Assembly (NCBI RefSeq): GCF_006345805.1
Contig: NC_043001.1
Coordinates: forward strand, 63,054,001-63,118,000
Source of the DNA: Octopus sinensis
Lineage: Eukaryota
Length of the DNA stretch: 64,000 bases
Direction of reading: 5' to 3'
The position numbers were made by a program, and so were the translations under genes. Below the pieces are notes generated by a model. That model saw nothing but the letters and a program-made list of their open reading frames with translations, did not search any database and was not told the origin of the DNA. This document shows positions 26,911-39,969 of the stretch, piece by piece. Position 1 is the first letter of the stretch. The number at the start of each line of letters is the position of its first letter.

Positions 26911-26946
26911 ATACTGAAATTTGTTTTGTTTCTGTTTCAGGTAAGT
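26911..26946 (+). promoter_or_regulatory. Candidate recursive splice site (zero-length exon, AG|GT at 26940/26941)
   Basis: ACTGAA branch-like motif, TTTGTTTTGTTTCTGTTTCAG acceptor, then immediately the consensus donor GTAAGT. Confidence 0.5.
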
Positions 26947-27178
26947 ACCATCTATAAGGAATTACATTGTCTTGCTGGAAATTTGCCAAAATGGATTTTA
27001 CAGGCAGAAATTGTTGCAACTGAGGTTTCATTTTTTTTGTTTTACAATTAATTTTTAGCTGTAAAAATATTCTTGTTGGTGATAGAGAGGCTACATTCAA
27101 AACAGGGAAACAAAATTGTTTTACATTTTTTAATTCTTATTTTTTAAACTGTCATTTTATATATATATATATATATAT

Positions 27179-27370
27179 GACCGCATGTGTACCATTGGTG
27201 ATTTTTTTTTCCTCTGTCTTCCCTTCTCTGGATCTTTCCTTGTCCTATGTTTCCGACGAAGAGCTTCGCTTGAAACGTTAAACCCTCCTTTCCTTAGCGT
27301 CTAATAATACTATATTTGTTCCATGTCCTCATGTTGTTGTGTTTTTTTGTGCTTTCATGTTTGGATTAAC
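27179..27370 (+). mobile_element. Short PLE-type solo terminal repeat inserted in (TA)n
   Basis: About 190 bp between two TA runs; contains a hammerhead fold. Confidence 0.65.
27249..27283 (+). ncRNA. Minimal hammerhead ribozyme (U4C core)
   Basis: GTTT-CCGACGA-A-GAGC-TTC-GCTT-GAAA-CG-TT-AAAC. Confidence 0.7.
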
Positions 27371-27406
<36 letters not shown>

Positions 27407-28169
27407 TTGTGTGTAAGAGAGTATGTTATATGATAAAATTTTTTAATTTAGCATCTGGATGAGATTTTGTGGAAAAACCATCAACACACTGCTACAGAAG
27501 TAATTTTGTTTTAATTAATTCTGTTTGTTTATTTGATTGACATGAGAGTAAGATAAGTTTCTTCCATAATTCTCTGTGAATTTTCTGTAAACCAAAATGG
27601 CAGTCTGGTTATCATTGACATTTGAAACTTTGTGAAACCAGAACTTTCACCCCTTAAAATATCTATCAGAACTTCAGAGACTTTTCTGTATACTTTTTTT
27701 TAAAACAAGCAGGTTAGCACAACCTAAATAATGTATTTTACATTATTTCTGTTTTTTTAATATGCTTGTTTTAGAACTAACTATACAAAAACAAAAACAA
27801 AAAAAAAAAAAGAAAGAAAGACGGAAAGAGGTTCTGAAGTTCTGATTGATATTTTAAGAACTTTTGCTTTATTTTAGTTTCATGGTTAGGACACCTGTCT
27901 CTTCTCATGGTTAGGACACCTGTCTCCAGGAACATTCCCAGCACCTCCATTAACTATTATTCATGACGACAAGATGAATAAGAAGTATAATTGTATTTTC
28001 AAACTAAACACTAAAACATTTACATTGGATTTGAACTGAAAACCTATGAATTGGTTAGTTAATAATTCTTTACCTGTTCCTCAGTCATTTTCCATTGAAT
28101 GTCTCTGGGGAACCTGGGAAGTTAACTACAGTTTAATAATCTAAAAATTCCTGCTCTTGTGAAACATTC

Positions 28170-28940
28170 ATCATTATCATGGTTTCACATCCGCTTTCCA
28201 TGCTGGCATGGGTTGGATGGTTTGACTGAGGACTGGCAAGCCAGATGGTTGCACCAGGCTCCAGTCTGATCTGGCAGAGTTTCTACAGCTGGATGCCTTT
28301 CCTAACACTGACCACTCTGAGAGTGTAATGGCTGCTTTTATGTGCCACCGGCACGAGGGCCAGTCAGGCAGTACTGGCAACAGCCACACTCAAATGGTGT
28401 TTTTTAGATGTCACCTGCACAGGAGCCAGTCCAGTGGCACTGGCAACAACCTCGCTTGAATGTTGTTTTTCATGTGCCAGGAAGGTGACGCTGGTAACGA
28501 TCATGCTCGAATGGTGCTTTTTATGTTCCACCGGCATGGGAGCCATTTAGCGGCCCTGGCAACGATCACGCTTGGATGATGCTCTTAGCGCTCCACTAGC
28601 ACGGATGCCAGTCATGCGGTGCTGTCATCGAATTTCATTTTGATTTCACTTGCCTCAATAGGTCTTTGCAAGCAGAGTTTAGTGTCCAATGAAGGAAAGG
28701 TACGCATAAGTGGGCTGGTTACTCCACTAGCATAGGCTTATGATCTCACTTGGCTTGCTGGGTCTTCTCAAGCACAGCATATTTCCAAAGGTCTCGGTTA
28801 CTAGTCATTGCTTTGGTGAGGCCTAATGTTCGAAGGTCGTACTTCAACACCTCACTCCAGGTCTTCCGGGTCTACTTCTTTCACAGGTTACCTCAACTGC
28901 TAGGGTGTGACACTTTTTCACACAGCTATCCTCATCCATT
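28170..28940 (-). mobile_element. RTE LINE 3' end
   Basis: Similar to 46591-47600: ORF end (YDLRTLGLT..DRDLWKYAV), repetitive 3' UTR, CCATGC.AGCATGG hairpin and (GAT)n tail. Confidence 0.9.
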
Positions 28941-29214
28941 GAAACATTATCTCACAAAAACTGTACCTCAGTTTCTATTGATTTTATTTTAATGGTAGAC
29001 AATATAAAACTAAGAACCAGTGATTTGATTGTTTGATGCCACCAAACAGCTAAGAGACAATAATCTATAATAATAATAATAATAATTATTAATAATATTA
29101 TTTTATCAATAATTATACTATTAATAATAAATCATTATTATCATTATTATTTTTTGCTTTTGGATTTGGTTTGCAAGATTCTTTAAATGAGTTCGTGTGT
29201 TGAAGCATATTCTC

Positions 29215-30497
29215 TTGTGTCTGGGGAGAGTCATTTTCTTTTTGTGCCTTATAATTTAACACACTCACTGGTAAAATTTCCACTTATTCTTTATTTTTAT
29301 TTTCCTAAAATTTTCGTTGCATCTTGCAACCTTTTCAATAGTCTTGACTATGTCCGTTATTTGCACTGCGTTCCTTTTTGTTTGTTTGTGCACATGTGTG
29401 TGGGTCAGTGTGTGCGTGTGCCTATGCATGTGTGTATGTATATATGTGTGTGTATATATGTGTGTGTATGCATATGTATATATGTATGTGTTTGCATCTG
29501 TATGTATTCTGCGTAGAAGGTGCTTGTAAAGACATGAACATGATGCACATAGAGGAGATATCTAGGAGCATTGCAGAATGGCTAAATGAACATCTGAGAC
29601 AATATGATGACAGAAAACAGTCCTCCATACTCTACCAACATGCCAAAGACCACCATGGAGGCAACTTGGGTCAACTTGACATCCACATCTTATCCAAGCA
29701 CCCAAAAGACCCAACACTCAGACAAATATGGGAGTACATCCTCATATGAAACTTCCCCAATACTAAATAGGAAATATACATAGTAAGTATCATACCTCCA
29801 TACCCACAGTTTACACAGGTAGAGTAGAATAGTTAGTGGGCTGTTATGTAGATAGATGTATGTATATGTGTGTGTGTGTATGCACATGTATGTAAGAATA
29901 TAGATATGAAAATAGACAGATCAACATACAGACGGATAGGTACATAGGTTATATGAACAGACAAGCACACATATGCAAATGGAAACTAAAACACATGACC
30001 ATATATACACACACACTTTACTTCACACAAGGACACATATGGAAACATGTGTCAATACATATGGAGATACACATCCATACATACAAAATATGGAACATAG
30101 TTTCAAAACACACACACACACATGCACACACAAGGAGACAGAGGTGGATACATATGCAAACACATGCTCACACACAAACATACATACAAATACACATACA
30201 TATATACATATGCATACACACACATATATACATGCACACATACATCATACATACATACATACATGCATGCATGCATGCATGCATGCAGAGGAACACACAC
30301 ACACACTGACCCACACACATGCACACAAGCAAACAAAAAGGAACGCAGTGTAAATAATGGACAGAGTCAAGACTATTGAAAAGGTTGCAAGATGCAACGA
30401 AAATTTTAGGAAAATAAAAATAAGGAATAAGTGGAAATTTTACCAGTGAGTGTGTTAAATTATAAGGCACAAAAAGAAAATGACTCCCCAGACACAA
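29215..30497 (+). mobile_element. PLE-like 3' fragment: GIY-YIG remnant (29510-29780) enclosed by inverted copies of the terminal repeat
   Basis: C..C..HIEEISRSIAEWLNEH..SILYQHAKDHHGG..ILSKHPKDPTLRQI is GIY-YIG-like; 29215-29420 is the reverse complement of 30295-30497. Confidence 0.8.
30373..30409 (+). ncRNA. Hammerhead-like fold with U3-A8 core (mirror copy 29305-29341, minus strand)
   Basis: CTA-TTGAAAA-G-GTTGCA-AGA-TGCAAC-GAAA-AT-TT-TAG; stem I is only 3 bp. Confidence 0.5.
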
Positions 30498-30564
30498 CAG
30501 ATTATTATTATTATTCTATTATAATAATCACGAATAATAATAAGGAATCTTTTCAGACCTTGTG

Positions 30565-31215
30565 CCTATGTAGGCACAAGGCTTGAAATTTTGGTGGAGA
30601 GAGCCAGTTGATTACATCAACCTTAGTGCTTGACTGATACTTATTTTATTGACCTCAAAAGAATGAAAGGCAAAGTCAACCTTGGTGGAATTTGAATTCA
30701 GAATGAAAAGGGCAGGAATAATTACTGTCATTTTCTCTGATGCTCTAATGATTTTACTGGACATATGCTCTTCTGTTCTGTAACCTTTCTCCCCAAACTC
30801 TGCAGTTGCTGCAATATATGGACTTGCAGCCATTCTAATTCTAGTATCTTGAAAAGTGGTTAATGGTCTGCAGAACTAGAAATCATTGATATATTGAATA
30901 ACAATAAGTCAAGAAGTCAGAAAATAGAAAAATGACTTCAAATTTAGAATGAAACATCAAATTTCATATTACTAAAACCTCTGGAATCATCATTTAATTC
31001 TGGGAACTAGAGGAAATGGAGTGGGAAGGGTTTAAACTTGTAGCAGCCAGTTCTTTCTACTATAGGCACACAGCCCTGTGTTGAACTGGTCCTCATTTTA
31101 TCATCCCTGAAAGGATAAGTCAAGCTTGTCAGAATATGAACTCGGAACATAATGCCAGAAGAAATGCTGCTAAGCATTTTGTCTGGTGTGGTAATGATTC
31201 TGCCAGCTTGTCAAT
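30565..31215. mobile_element. Two decayed SINE-like fragments (30565-30760, 31055-31215)
   Basis: Both share AGGCACA..ACT..TATTTTAT..AAAG.AT..AAGTCAA..GAAT.TGAA.TC.GAA. Confidence 0.55.
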
Positions 31216-31404
31216 TTAATAATAATAGTAATTACAAATTTTAAAAGGGAAATATGCCAGTCGTTCTTTACAAAATTAATTCCTTGAAGTTCTAAAACCA
31301 TTACAGAATTTCAGACAAATTTTGAAGTATATTCTGTTTGACTCACATAGAAGCAATGGAGTGTTGGATAATATAGCTTATGCAATATACTGTACTTGAG
31401 CAAT

Positions 31405-31822
31405 ATACTGTGTTTGGGCAATATACTGTGCTTGAGAAGACCTGTTGAGTCAAGTGAAATTATTGTTGTGGCTGATGCCGGTACCACCTGACTGGTACCC
31501 GTGCCGGTGGCATGTAAAAGGCACCATCTGAGTATGGTTGTTACCAGTGCTGCCTGACTAGCTCCCATGCTGGTGGCATGTAAAATGCACCATTCGAGTG
31601 TGGTCGATGCCAGTACCACCTGACTGGCCCCCATGCCAGTGGCATGTAAAATGCACTCACTATACTCTTGGAGTGGTTGGCATTAGGAAAGGCATCCAGC
31701 TGTAGAAACCTTGCCAGATCAAATTGGATACTGGTGCAGCCTCCTGGCTTGCCAGTCCTCAGTCAAACTGTCCAACCCATGCCAGCATGGAAAGCAGATG
31801 TTAAACAGTGATGATGATGATG
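31405..31822 (+). mobile_element. RTE LINE 3' UTR fragment
   Basis: Repeated TGGCATGTAAAA.GCACC units, CCATGCCAGCATGG, (GAT)n tail. Confidence 0.85.
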
Positions 31823-32717
31823 TATACTTTTCAGTTTCTTGTTTTCCAAGTTCAATTCCCACTGTAGTAACTCTGCCTTTTATCTTTAGTGAGTCAGTAG
31901 AGTATCAATGGAAGATGGTGGACTGGCTCTTAACATTCTGAGTTCCATGGCCTACATGGTTGGTAAACTTGATCTGTTTCCTTGGTACCTTGGGTGACTT
32001 AAGCAGAGTCAACTCTGTTGCAAACGTCTTGGCCTAAGTCTTTCATTTCAGGATACTTCTTTCCCTCTCTGCCACCAGTCTTGGTGACCCTGAACAGAGT
32101 GATGAACTCTGCCATACCTTCTCAGCACATGATAAAAAAAGTGAAATAAGATAAAAACAGTTGTTAGTAAATACTTGGGTTAATTGTTCATACTTTGAAC
32201 ATTTGAAATTACCTCCTTTGCCCATACTTTTCTTTTAAACTTTTACAAATGTTCCAGTTAACCATCAGGGCATCAATCCTATCAGTTTAGGAATGTGACC
32301 TATAAAGGTCATTAGTACTGTCCTCTGCTCCTCCTCTGACCAACTTAGAGATAAATAACTATATGTATAATCAGTCCTGAGTAGTTTTTCTTGTAATTTT
32401 TTTACTCTTGTTTTCTAAATTTTGTATATGTGGGGGTCCCTTACCATATCCCCCTCCTCTCTATCCACAATGAAATTCTATTGAGAATAAGTATGAAAAT
32501 GTTTTTATTTCCAATAGTCTTGCTAATGTCCTTATTCTTGCTTCCAGCAGAGTGATTCAGATATCATTTGAGAAGGAAGTCAAATAACCAAGTTGGTAGC
32601 CACAAAACTTCATTGAATCTTTGGAATTCTTTTTGTCAGTTGCTGAAGAGAATGTTTTATCAGTAGATTCTACCAAATAGCTGCAATGTTTGTAGATTAG
32701 AATCTTTCAATGATATA

Positions 32718-34041
32718 CAGGGTGTCCATAAAGTCTCTTTACAATTTAAAAATTTTATTACAAAGGCAGTTGACAAGATATCTTAACCAGGAGTGGCTGT
32801 GTGGTAAGTAGCTTGCTAACCAACCACATGTTTCCGGGTTCAGTCCCACAGCGTGGCATCTTGGGCAAGTGTCTTCTGCTATAGCCCCGGGCCGACCAAT
32901 GCCTTGTGAGTGGATTTGGTAGACGGAAACTGAAAGAAGCCTGTCGTATATATGTATATATATATATAAGTGTGTGTGTATATGTTTGTGTGTCTGTGTT
33001 TGTCCCCCTAGCATTGCTTGACAACCGATGCTGGTGTGTTTACATCCCCGTCACTTAGCGGTTCGGCAAAAGAGACCGATAGAAAAGTACTGGGCTTACA
33101 AAGAATAAGTCCCGGGGTCGATTTGCTCGACTAAAGGCGGTGCTCCAGCATGGCCGCAGTCAAATGACTAAAACAAGTAAAAGAGTAAAAGAGATTTGTT
33201 TTATTGTAATAATTGTTTATTAAAGTTTTTTTTAACTGTTATTTAATAGACCTTAATATGGGCACCATTAGTTGCGCGAAGCACATCAAGACGGTACTCG
33301 ATTTCTTGCCATGTACGCTGTGGGATAGCCTCATCAACGGTGGCAATGGCATTATGAATCCTTTGCTTCAAGTCAGCAATGTCCTGTATCTTTGTTAGAT
33401 ACACGATATCTTTTACATAACCCCATAAAAAGAAGTCCAAGGGAGTGATATCTGGTGAACATGGTGGCCATGGAATTGGCCTATCCCTTCCAACCCATCG
33501 GTCTGGAAATGTTTGATGGAGGAACTGATGAACTTATCATGTCCAATGTGGTAGTGCACCATCTTGCTGGAAAATGATGGTTGGTTGTAAATCAATCAGT
33601 TGTGGTGCCACATATTTGGTCAGAAGGTCGAGGTAAACATCTGCAGTAATTGTTGCCTTGTTGAAGAAAAATGGACCAATTATTTGATTGCACATGATTC
33701 CACACCACACATTAACTTTTGGACTATTGCGTTGAAGCTCCCTAGTCACATGGAGGTGTTCTGATCCCCCAGATTCTCACATTGTGTCTGTTTAATTTCC
33801 CTGAAACATAAAAGTTGCCTCGTCACTAAAACAAATCTGCTTGAGGAATGCTTCATCCTCATTTTATAGAGGTTCAGTGAATCAGTTCCCTTCCATCAAC
33901 AGAGTATCTGAAACACAAATTTAATATCAATAAAAACTTCAATAAACAATTATTAAAATAAAACAAATCTGGTTAAAATATCTCATCAACTGCCTTTGAA
34001 ATAATTTTTTTAAATTGTAAAGAGACTTTATGAACACCCTG
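32718..34041 (-). mobile_element. Tc1/mariner element, DD41D (rosa-like), internally deleted
   Basis: TA-CAGGGTGTCCATAAAGTCTCTTTACAATTT ... AAATTGTAAAGAGACTTTATGAACACCCTG-TA; TIR about 110 bp; FSDEAT, VNVWCGI..IIGPFFF, FQQDGALPH, WPPCSPDITPLDFFLWGYVKD; about 41 residues between second and third Asp. Confidence 0.92.
32790..33193 (+). mobile_element. tRNA-derived SINE (family B) inserted in the left TIR of the mariner
   Basis: A/B boxes TGGCTGTGTGG and GGTTCAGTCCC; tail GGCGGTGCTCCAGCATGGCCGCAG..(GTAAAAGA)2; TIR sequence resumes afterwards. Confidence 0.92.
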
Positions 34042-35804
34042 TATCCTGAATACCCTGGAGACATTACTCTATGAATGAGCATTTCTTATATAATGTTAGT
34101 TTTTCAAGTTTTCGCACATGTGCAAGACACAAATGTGTGTATATGTATTTATGTGTCATTTTTCTTCTTTGCACTTTGAATGTCTGTTGACACTTATGAT
34201 TGGCAGTATGCTGCTTCTTGGTCTACGAAAGCTGTTTTTGTTTCCTTGCTTACATAATGTTTTCTGATTATCAGTCAGTCATTGGATTATGTTAGAAGAA
34301 CCCCTTGGTAGTCCTTCTCAATCTAGTGACCATGACTGGCAATGGTGTTAAGTGCTAGTCATGGTCTCCAGATTTAGAATTATTCTTTCTGATTAGTTTT
34401 CTCAATTTCAATCTTAACTCACTCAGCTTAATTCAGTTTTGTTTTTCATAGTTGGCAATTGTAAATTTAGTCTTTATGAAGATGTAGTATCTATTATGAG
34501 AGAGGTATCTCCTTTCCTCACACATGGTTGCATACACTCACTTGCTGCTCTGGCTCTGTTGAGACAGTTGTTCAACAAGTAATAAGAGATCAAGTACTCT
34601 TTTTTCAACACTCCTCTTCTGCACAACTCAGTGACAATCTCTTGGCTCATTGTACTTAATTTCATATATACTAACTCTTTTTCTATCTGCCTCTCTTCCC
34701 TCTTTTTCTTTTCTCCCACCTCTCACGCCTGTTATTTTGTAAATGATATGAATTAGTATTGTCTGCTCCATATAGCTATTCTAGCAGTGGTACACAGCTA
34801 TGTGGTAAAGTACGTTAATAAGATGATTTTACACACACACAGATTAATATACCTATGTAGTTAAATGGAAACTAATCTTTTTTTAACCAGCTGTGTATTA
34901 GTAGCAGTAATATCTAAACAGACTGCTGTGTAATCTGTTTTAACAGTTTGTTAAATAACCAACTAAAAGAAAATAGTCTTTAATGAACTGACATGAATCC
35001 AGACAAAGGTTTTTGAGCTGTTATAAAAATTGTCAATAGATTAATTGAAATAAGAAAGGTTTTCTGGATATGAAATCAATATAACATTTTGACCAGAATT
35101 AAATCTGTTATGAGGTTTCAAGAAGTTGTTTGCAATGTTTCTTTCCTCAATTTGAGATTACCATACTTACACATACAACCATATCTATACATCTAATCAT
35201 ACCTATACCTATAGTAGTAGATGTTTGAAGATGGTTGAACAAATGACCCTTGGAATCCCTCTAAATACACATAGGAATTTGGTGACCAAACATAAATCAC
35301 AGTAGGTATTATTACAGAGTGCCATACAAAGGAGAGAAGCATATTTTGAACACACAAAAACACACTGTTTGCTTCATCATTTTCATGTCAAAATAAATAT
35401 TTTCCATGGAAAATTATATATTATTTGAAAGTTCTAGATGTGAATTTTCTTCTCATATGATTTTAATTAAAATCTGACTGTTACATATCATGTCAGAGTC
35501 ACTCAAACACCCTGTATTTCCATGCATTTACAAAGTTAAAAAAATTTTTTTTTTGTTTTTTTTTGTTTTTTGACTGCCTGTTGGTAGCCCTCAGTGTGCT
35601 GGAGCACTATAACATGTGTTGAAAATCATACAGTCACGAAAAGGAATGATTTTGCTTTATTTTGATATAGAAATTGATGAGGGTAGGTTAGATGATCATT
35701 GTGAAATATAAAAGCAAAAATTTTATCATTAATTTTCACTTAGAAAAGAACATATTTTCTTCAAGATTTTTATCTCATAAGAAAGAAAAAGTTCTTGCAA
35801 ATTC

Positions 35805-36290
35805 AGTAGTTAGTTAGTTAATATTTTGGCTCAAAAAGCAAAAAGCAAGGCCATGTGGGGGGACATGGAGTTATGTACAGGGTGGTGTTCATGTAAAGAG
35901 TTCAGGCCACTTGTGGTCAAGGGAGACTTTGAACCGAGCGGTCGTTGGCATCTTCACCATCTCGTCCGGCAGCTTATTCCACGGATCCGCAACCTGGACG
36001 AAGAAAGCCCCTCTCCTTCGATTGAGATGAAATCGTCGCAGATAGAGCTTTTCGGAATGACCCCGCAGCCGACGCTCTGGAGCAGGAGTGAAGAACAGCT
36101 CTTTCGAGAGGTTACACTTTCAGCTTATGATGTTGTGAGCAAGAATGAGATCACCACGGCATCGTCGTTTTTCTAGAGAATAAAGGTCGAGTGTCTTCAG
36201 CCTTTCTTCATAAGACAAATTCTTGAGACCAAGAACGATGCGGGTAGCCAGCTTCTGGACTCTTTCGAGATGCTGTATGTCTTTGAGGAG
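35805..36290 (-). mobile_element. CR1 LINE 3' end
   Basis: YEERLKTLDLYSLEKRRCRGDLI..RLRGHSEKL..WNKLP..FKVSLD, then (TAAC)n tail. Confidence 0.9.
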
Positions 36291-38214
36291 ATAAGGAGAA
36301 GGTCATTACCAAATCTAGCCACAATATGGTGAAAAAGAGGATGGTATACTGACACTTTTCATAAAACTGAAGTATTTGCATGCAGCAAGGGATCAAATGG
36401 AACACTAATACAAGGCTTCAATATCGAGTTTCAGCTAGAATTTCAAGAAATGGGCGAACTATATACTAAGTAAATTTATACTTCTACAAAACAAATGCGC
36501 TAAATTGAGCTTCAAGCTCTCTAAACCCCTAGGTAGTTGTATTGAAAATGTTGTTTATTCCCTCTTGCTATCTTAATGTGTTTGAATTTTACCTAGTGGA
36601 TATTCTTATACGTGTAAATTTTCTGTTTCTTTAAGAAATATTGCTCACACTTTGCCAATAAAGATTATAGTCTGCAATGAATATATCTTTGGAGATAAAG
36701 TCAGATGGGATGTTTTTTTCTGATTTTGAATACAGTCTGATAATTTGTGGTAATGTTTACAGATTCTTTTTGTGTGTCTCTCTCTCCTATTAATGAGTTT
36801 GCTGTAACTTATAGATGTCTTTGTCTTTATTTTACGTTTTTAATGCTTAAAACAAAGAATTAGTTTTCACATTTTGTTTGTTTTTTAATCTAGATCTATA
36901 TGCAATTCTGAGAGGGCACCAGGTTATCATTTGATGTGCTAGAAACAACAGCTAAATCTCCCCTAAACCATACATCTTTTTGTTAGAAAATATTTTCAAA
37001 ATTATTTTTTATTGGAAAATAAAGTGCAAAAACAAACAAAAGCTTTCTCAAATTTTTTTTCATAAAAAGCTTATCCTCATCATTTTCAAGGCTGTTATGT
37101 AAAAAAAGTTGAAAAAACTCCCTGTCAAAATGGAGAAAATCCAACGTAAATGGACATACAGATCCAAAACTCTACCACTTATACCCATTTTTATTAGCTC
37201 ATTAAAATTTTATTGAAATGGTGTTATGTCCCAAAATCTCAGGATTTATTTAGTTCTATATGTGCTACAAATGTGCCAAAACTCAAGTTCCTGTGGCTTG
37301 TACTTTTGGACTAGGTTTGAAGGCACTGTGAAATTGACTTTTTTGACATGTAACAAAATAAGCTTTATATAAATATTTTTTTAAATGCCTTAAAAAAACG
37401 CTCTCTTTTCAAGAACCTGGAAAAAAAAATATGCAGCTGCTTCCCATGGTCACTATTGAGTAATTTGAAAATAATTATCACCTCAATTTCAAAGATATGA
37501 CATCACAAATATGGCTAATTATTCATTTAGGCCAATTAGGCAAGATTTTGACCAATTTGCTTACCATTCAAATTGTCATATTTCCTAAAATATTCATCCA
37601 AATTTCACAAAGGAGGTATCAAAATGTTTCTTTTTGGATGTTCTCCTAGAAAACCACAGTAGAAATTACATTCAAATATTTTCAAAATTTCATAGTAATT
37701 CCTATGGATAAATGGAACCATTTAGATATCACACTGCTTTCAAATTTGGATTTGATGTAAATTCCTATTGTAATTAATTCAGGAATGCTTTTATAGCTAA
37801 ATGTTCAGCTGAACAAATGTGTTTGTTTTTAAATTGTTGCCATCTTTCCCCATCACCATCTATCTCACTTTCTCTATTCCAGATAGACAAACAGACAACA
37901 AGGTGTAGTTTGTAGGAGATTATTCTAAGAATAAAAGTGATATAAATCTTCCCCGTGAAATGGTGGATAATATCTCATCATTATTTCACTATACTTTTTC
38001 ATGCTTGCATGGATTAGATGAGACCTTGTTGAAGCAGAATTTCTATAGTTGGGTAGCCTTTCTATTGCCAACCCTCACCTGTTTCCAAGCAAAGTAATAA
38101 TTCTATCAGTCTATCAAGCAACAAACAACCCAGACATGCATTTTCAGAAAACTTCAAAATACCAACTCTCTATGAATGTTGGCAACTTGTTTATCACCAT
38201 AAACAATGTAAAAA

Positions 38215-38470
38215 TATATAACTTCACTTATTCATTACAGAATTTATCGTATACTATTGAATGTGATGGGTGTAATAAAAATTACATTGGACAAATGCAA
38301 CATACTATGAAAAAGAGGTTCAATATACATTGGCAAAAAACAAATATAAGATCCTATTTCAAAATAGATTTCACTAAGTAAACATATAAACTTACGTGCA
38401 ACAAGCAAAAATGAATAAAAAAATTTATATTCATTAAAAATACAAACCACAACCTAATAAGCTATAAAAA
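38215..38470 (+). mobile_element. PLE GIY-YIG fragment
   Basis: QNLSYTIECDGCNKNYIGQ..KKRFNIH. Confidence 0.75.
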
Positions 38471-38716
38471 CATATCAGATGCTATGTTAGTTTATATTTT
38501 CATGCGCAAATGCATAGCCAACCATACACACAGACAATTAAGCCTTTTCTCTAATTTTAGCTATTCTGACAACCTCTTGTTCATGCTGTAGCTTACGTGG
38601 CCTTAACTTTTGATATGTTTATCTTCTATATTATTCCATGACCTATACTGCAAGCATAAAATATAATTTTTATTTATACTGTTACATATAGATTCACTGA
38701 CCTACTACAGCCTTAA

Positions 38717-39228
38717 CCCATTGCCAGCCATGAGCCCCATTCGGGGATCTACTAAAAGCGGTCTCACTGCCAGTTGTTTGTTGTATTTAAAGTGAATTGC
38801 TTATGTGCATTGCATTTGCAGAGGTGTGTTTAACAATATTTAGTAAAGTCTGTCATTATTAGCTCTGGCTAATTCTAGAAGACATTTTATGTCATGAATT
38901 GCAATTTTTGAACTACAAAAATATTGACTGTTTTGAAAAGGTTGTTTTGTTTTTTCATTTCCCATCTGTATCATTCATTGATATTTCATACACATTCGCA
39001 TTTGACACTATAGTTTAAAAAAAAACTGAAATTTTTGTTATTGCAATTGAATAGAAAAGGATAAATATGCTTTTTTTCAGTGATCCCCATTTGGGACTTC
39101 TCGAAAATTTTATGATTTTCAAAATAATTCACATATGAAGAAATATTTAAGTACTATATATTATTTTAACTTCTAAGACACCTGGCAAAACCAAAATATA
39201 TGAATAGAAAAATTTGGCAGTTAATGGG
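38717..39228. mobile_element. piggyBac-like MITE
   Basis: TTAA-CCCATTGCC ... GGCAGTTAATGGG-TTAT; internal CCCCATT.GGG motif near both ends. Confidence 0.65.
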
Positions 39229-39782
39229 TTATGTATATATATATGTATATGTATATATATATGTATGTATATATATATGTATATGTATATATATATGTAT
39301 GTATATATATATGTATATGTATATATATATGTATATGTATATATATATGTATGTATGTATATATATATGTATGTATATATATATGTATATAAATATATAT
39401 ATATATGTGTGTGTGTATATATATGTGTGTGTATATATATATGTGTGTGTATATATATATGTGTGTATATATATGTGTGTATATATATATATGTGTGTAT
39501 ATATATATATATGTGTGTATATATATATATATGTGTGTATATATATGTGTGTGTATATATATGTGTGTATATATATATGTGTGTATATATATATGTGTGT
39601 ATATATATGTGTGTGCATATATATATGTGTATATATATATGTGTGTATATATATATATGTGTATATATATATATGTGTATATATATATGTGTGTATATAT
39701 ATATATGTGTGTATGTATATATATATGTGTGTATATATATATATGTGTGTATATGTATATATGTGTATATATATATGTGTAT

Positions 39783-39823
<41 letters not shown>

Positions 39824-39969
39824 TGTATGTATATATTGTGTATGTATGTATATATATATGTGTATGTATGTATGTGTATGTATATATATGTATGTATGTA
39901 TGTGTATGTATATATATGTATGTATATATATGTATATATATATATATATATGTATATATTTATGTGTAT
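39229..39969. repeat. Compound (TA)/(TG) microsatellite
   Basis: Read directly; generates spurious YIYMCV ORFs. Confidence 0.97.

Noticed and set aside
28075-28135. Minus-strand exon-like segment (PRFPRDIQW.. then GTAAAG) as Sbf exon 2
   Set aside because: Only RFP matches; upstream frames contain stops and length and phase do not fit.
34542-34675. Minus-strand open segment ending in GTGAGT
   Set aside because: No polypyrimidine acceptor and no similarity to a protein I recognise.
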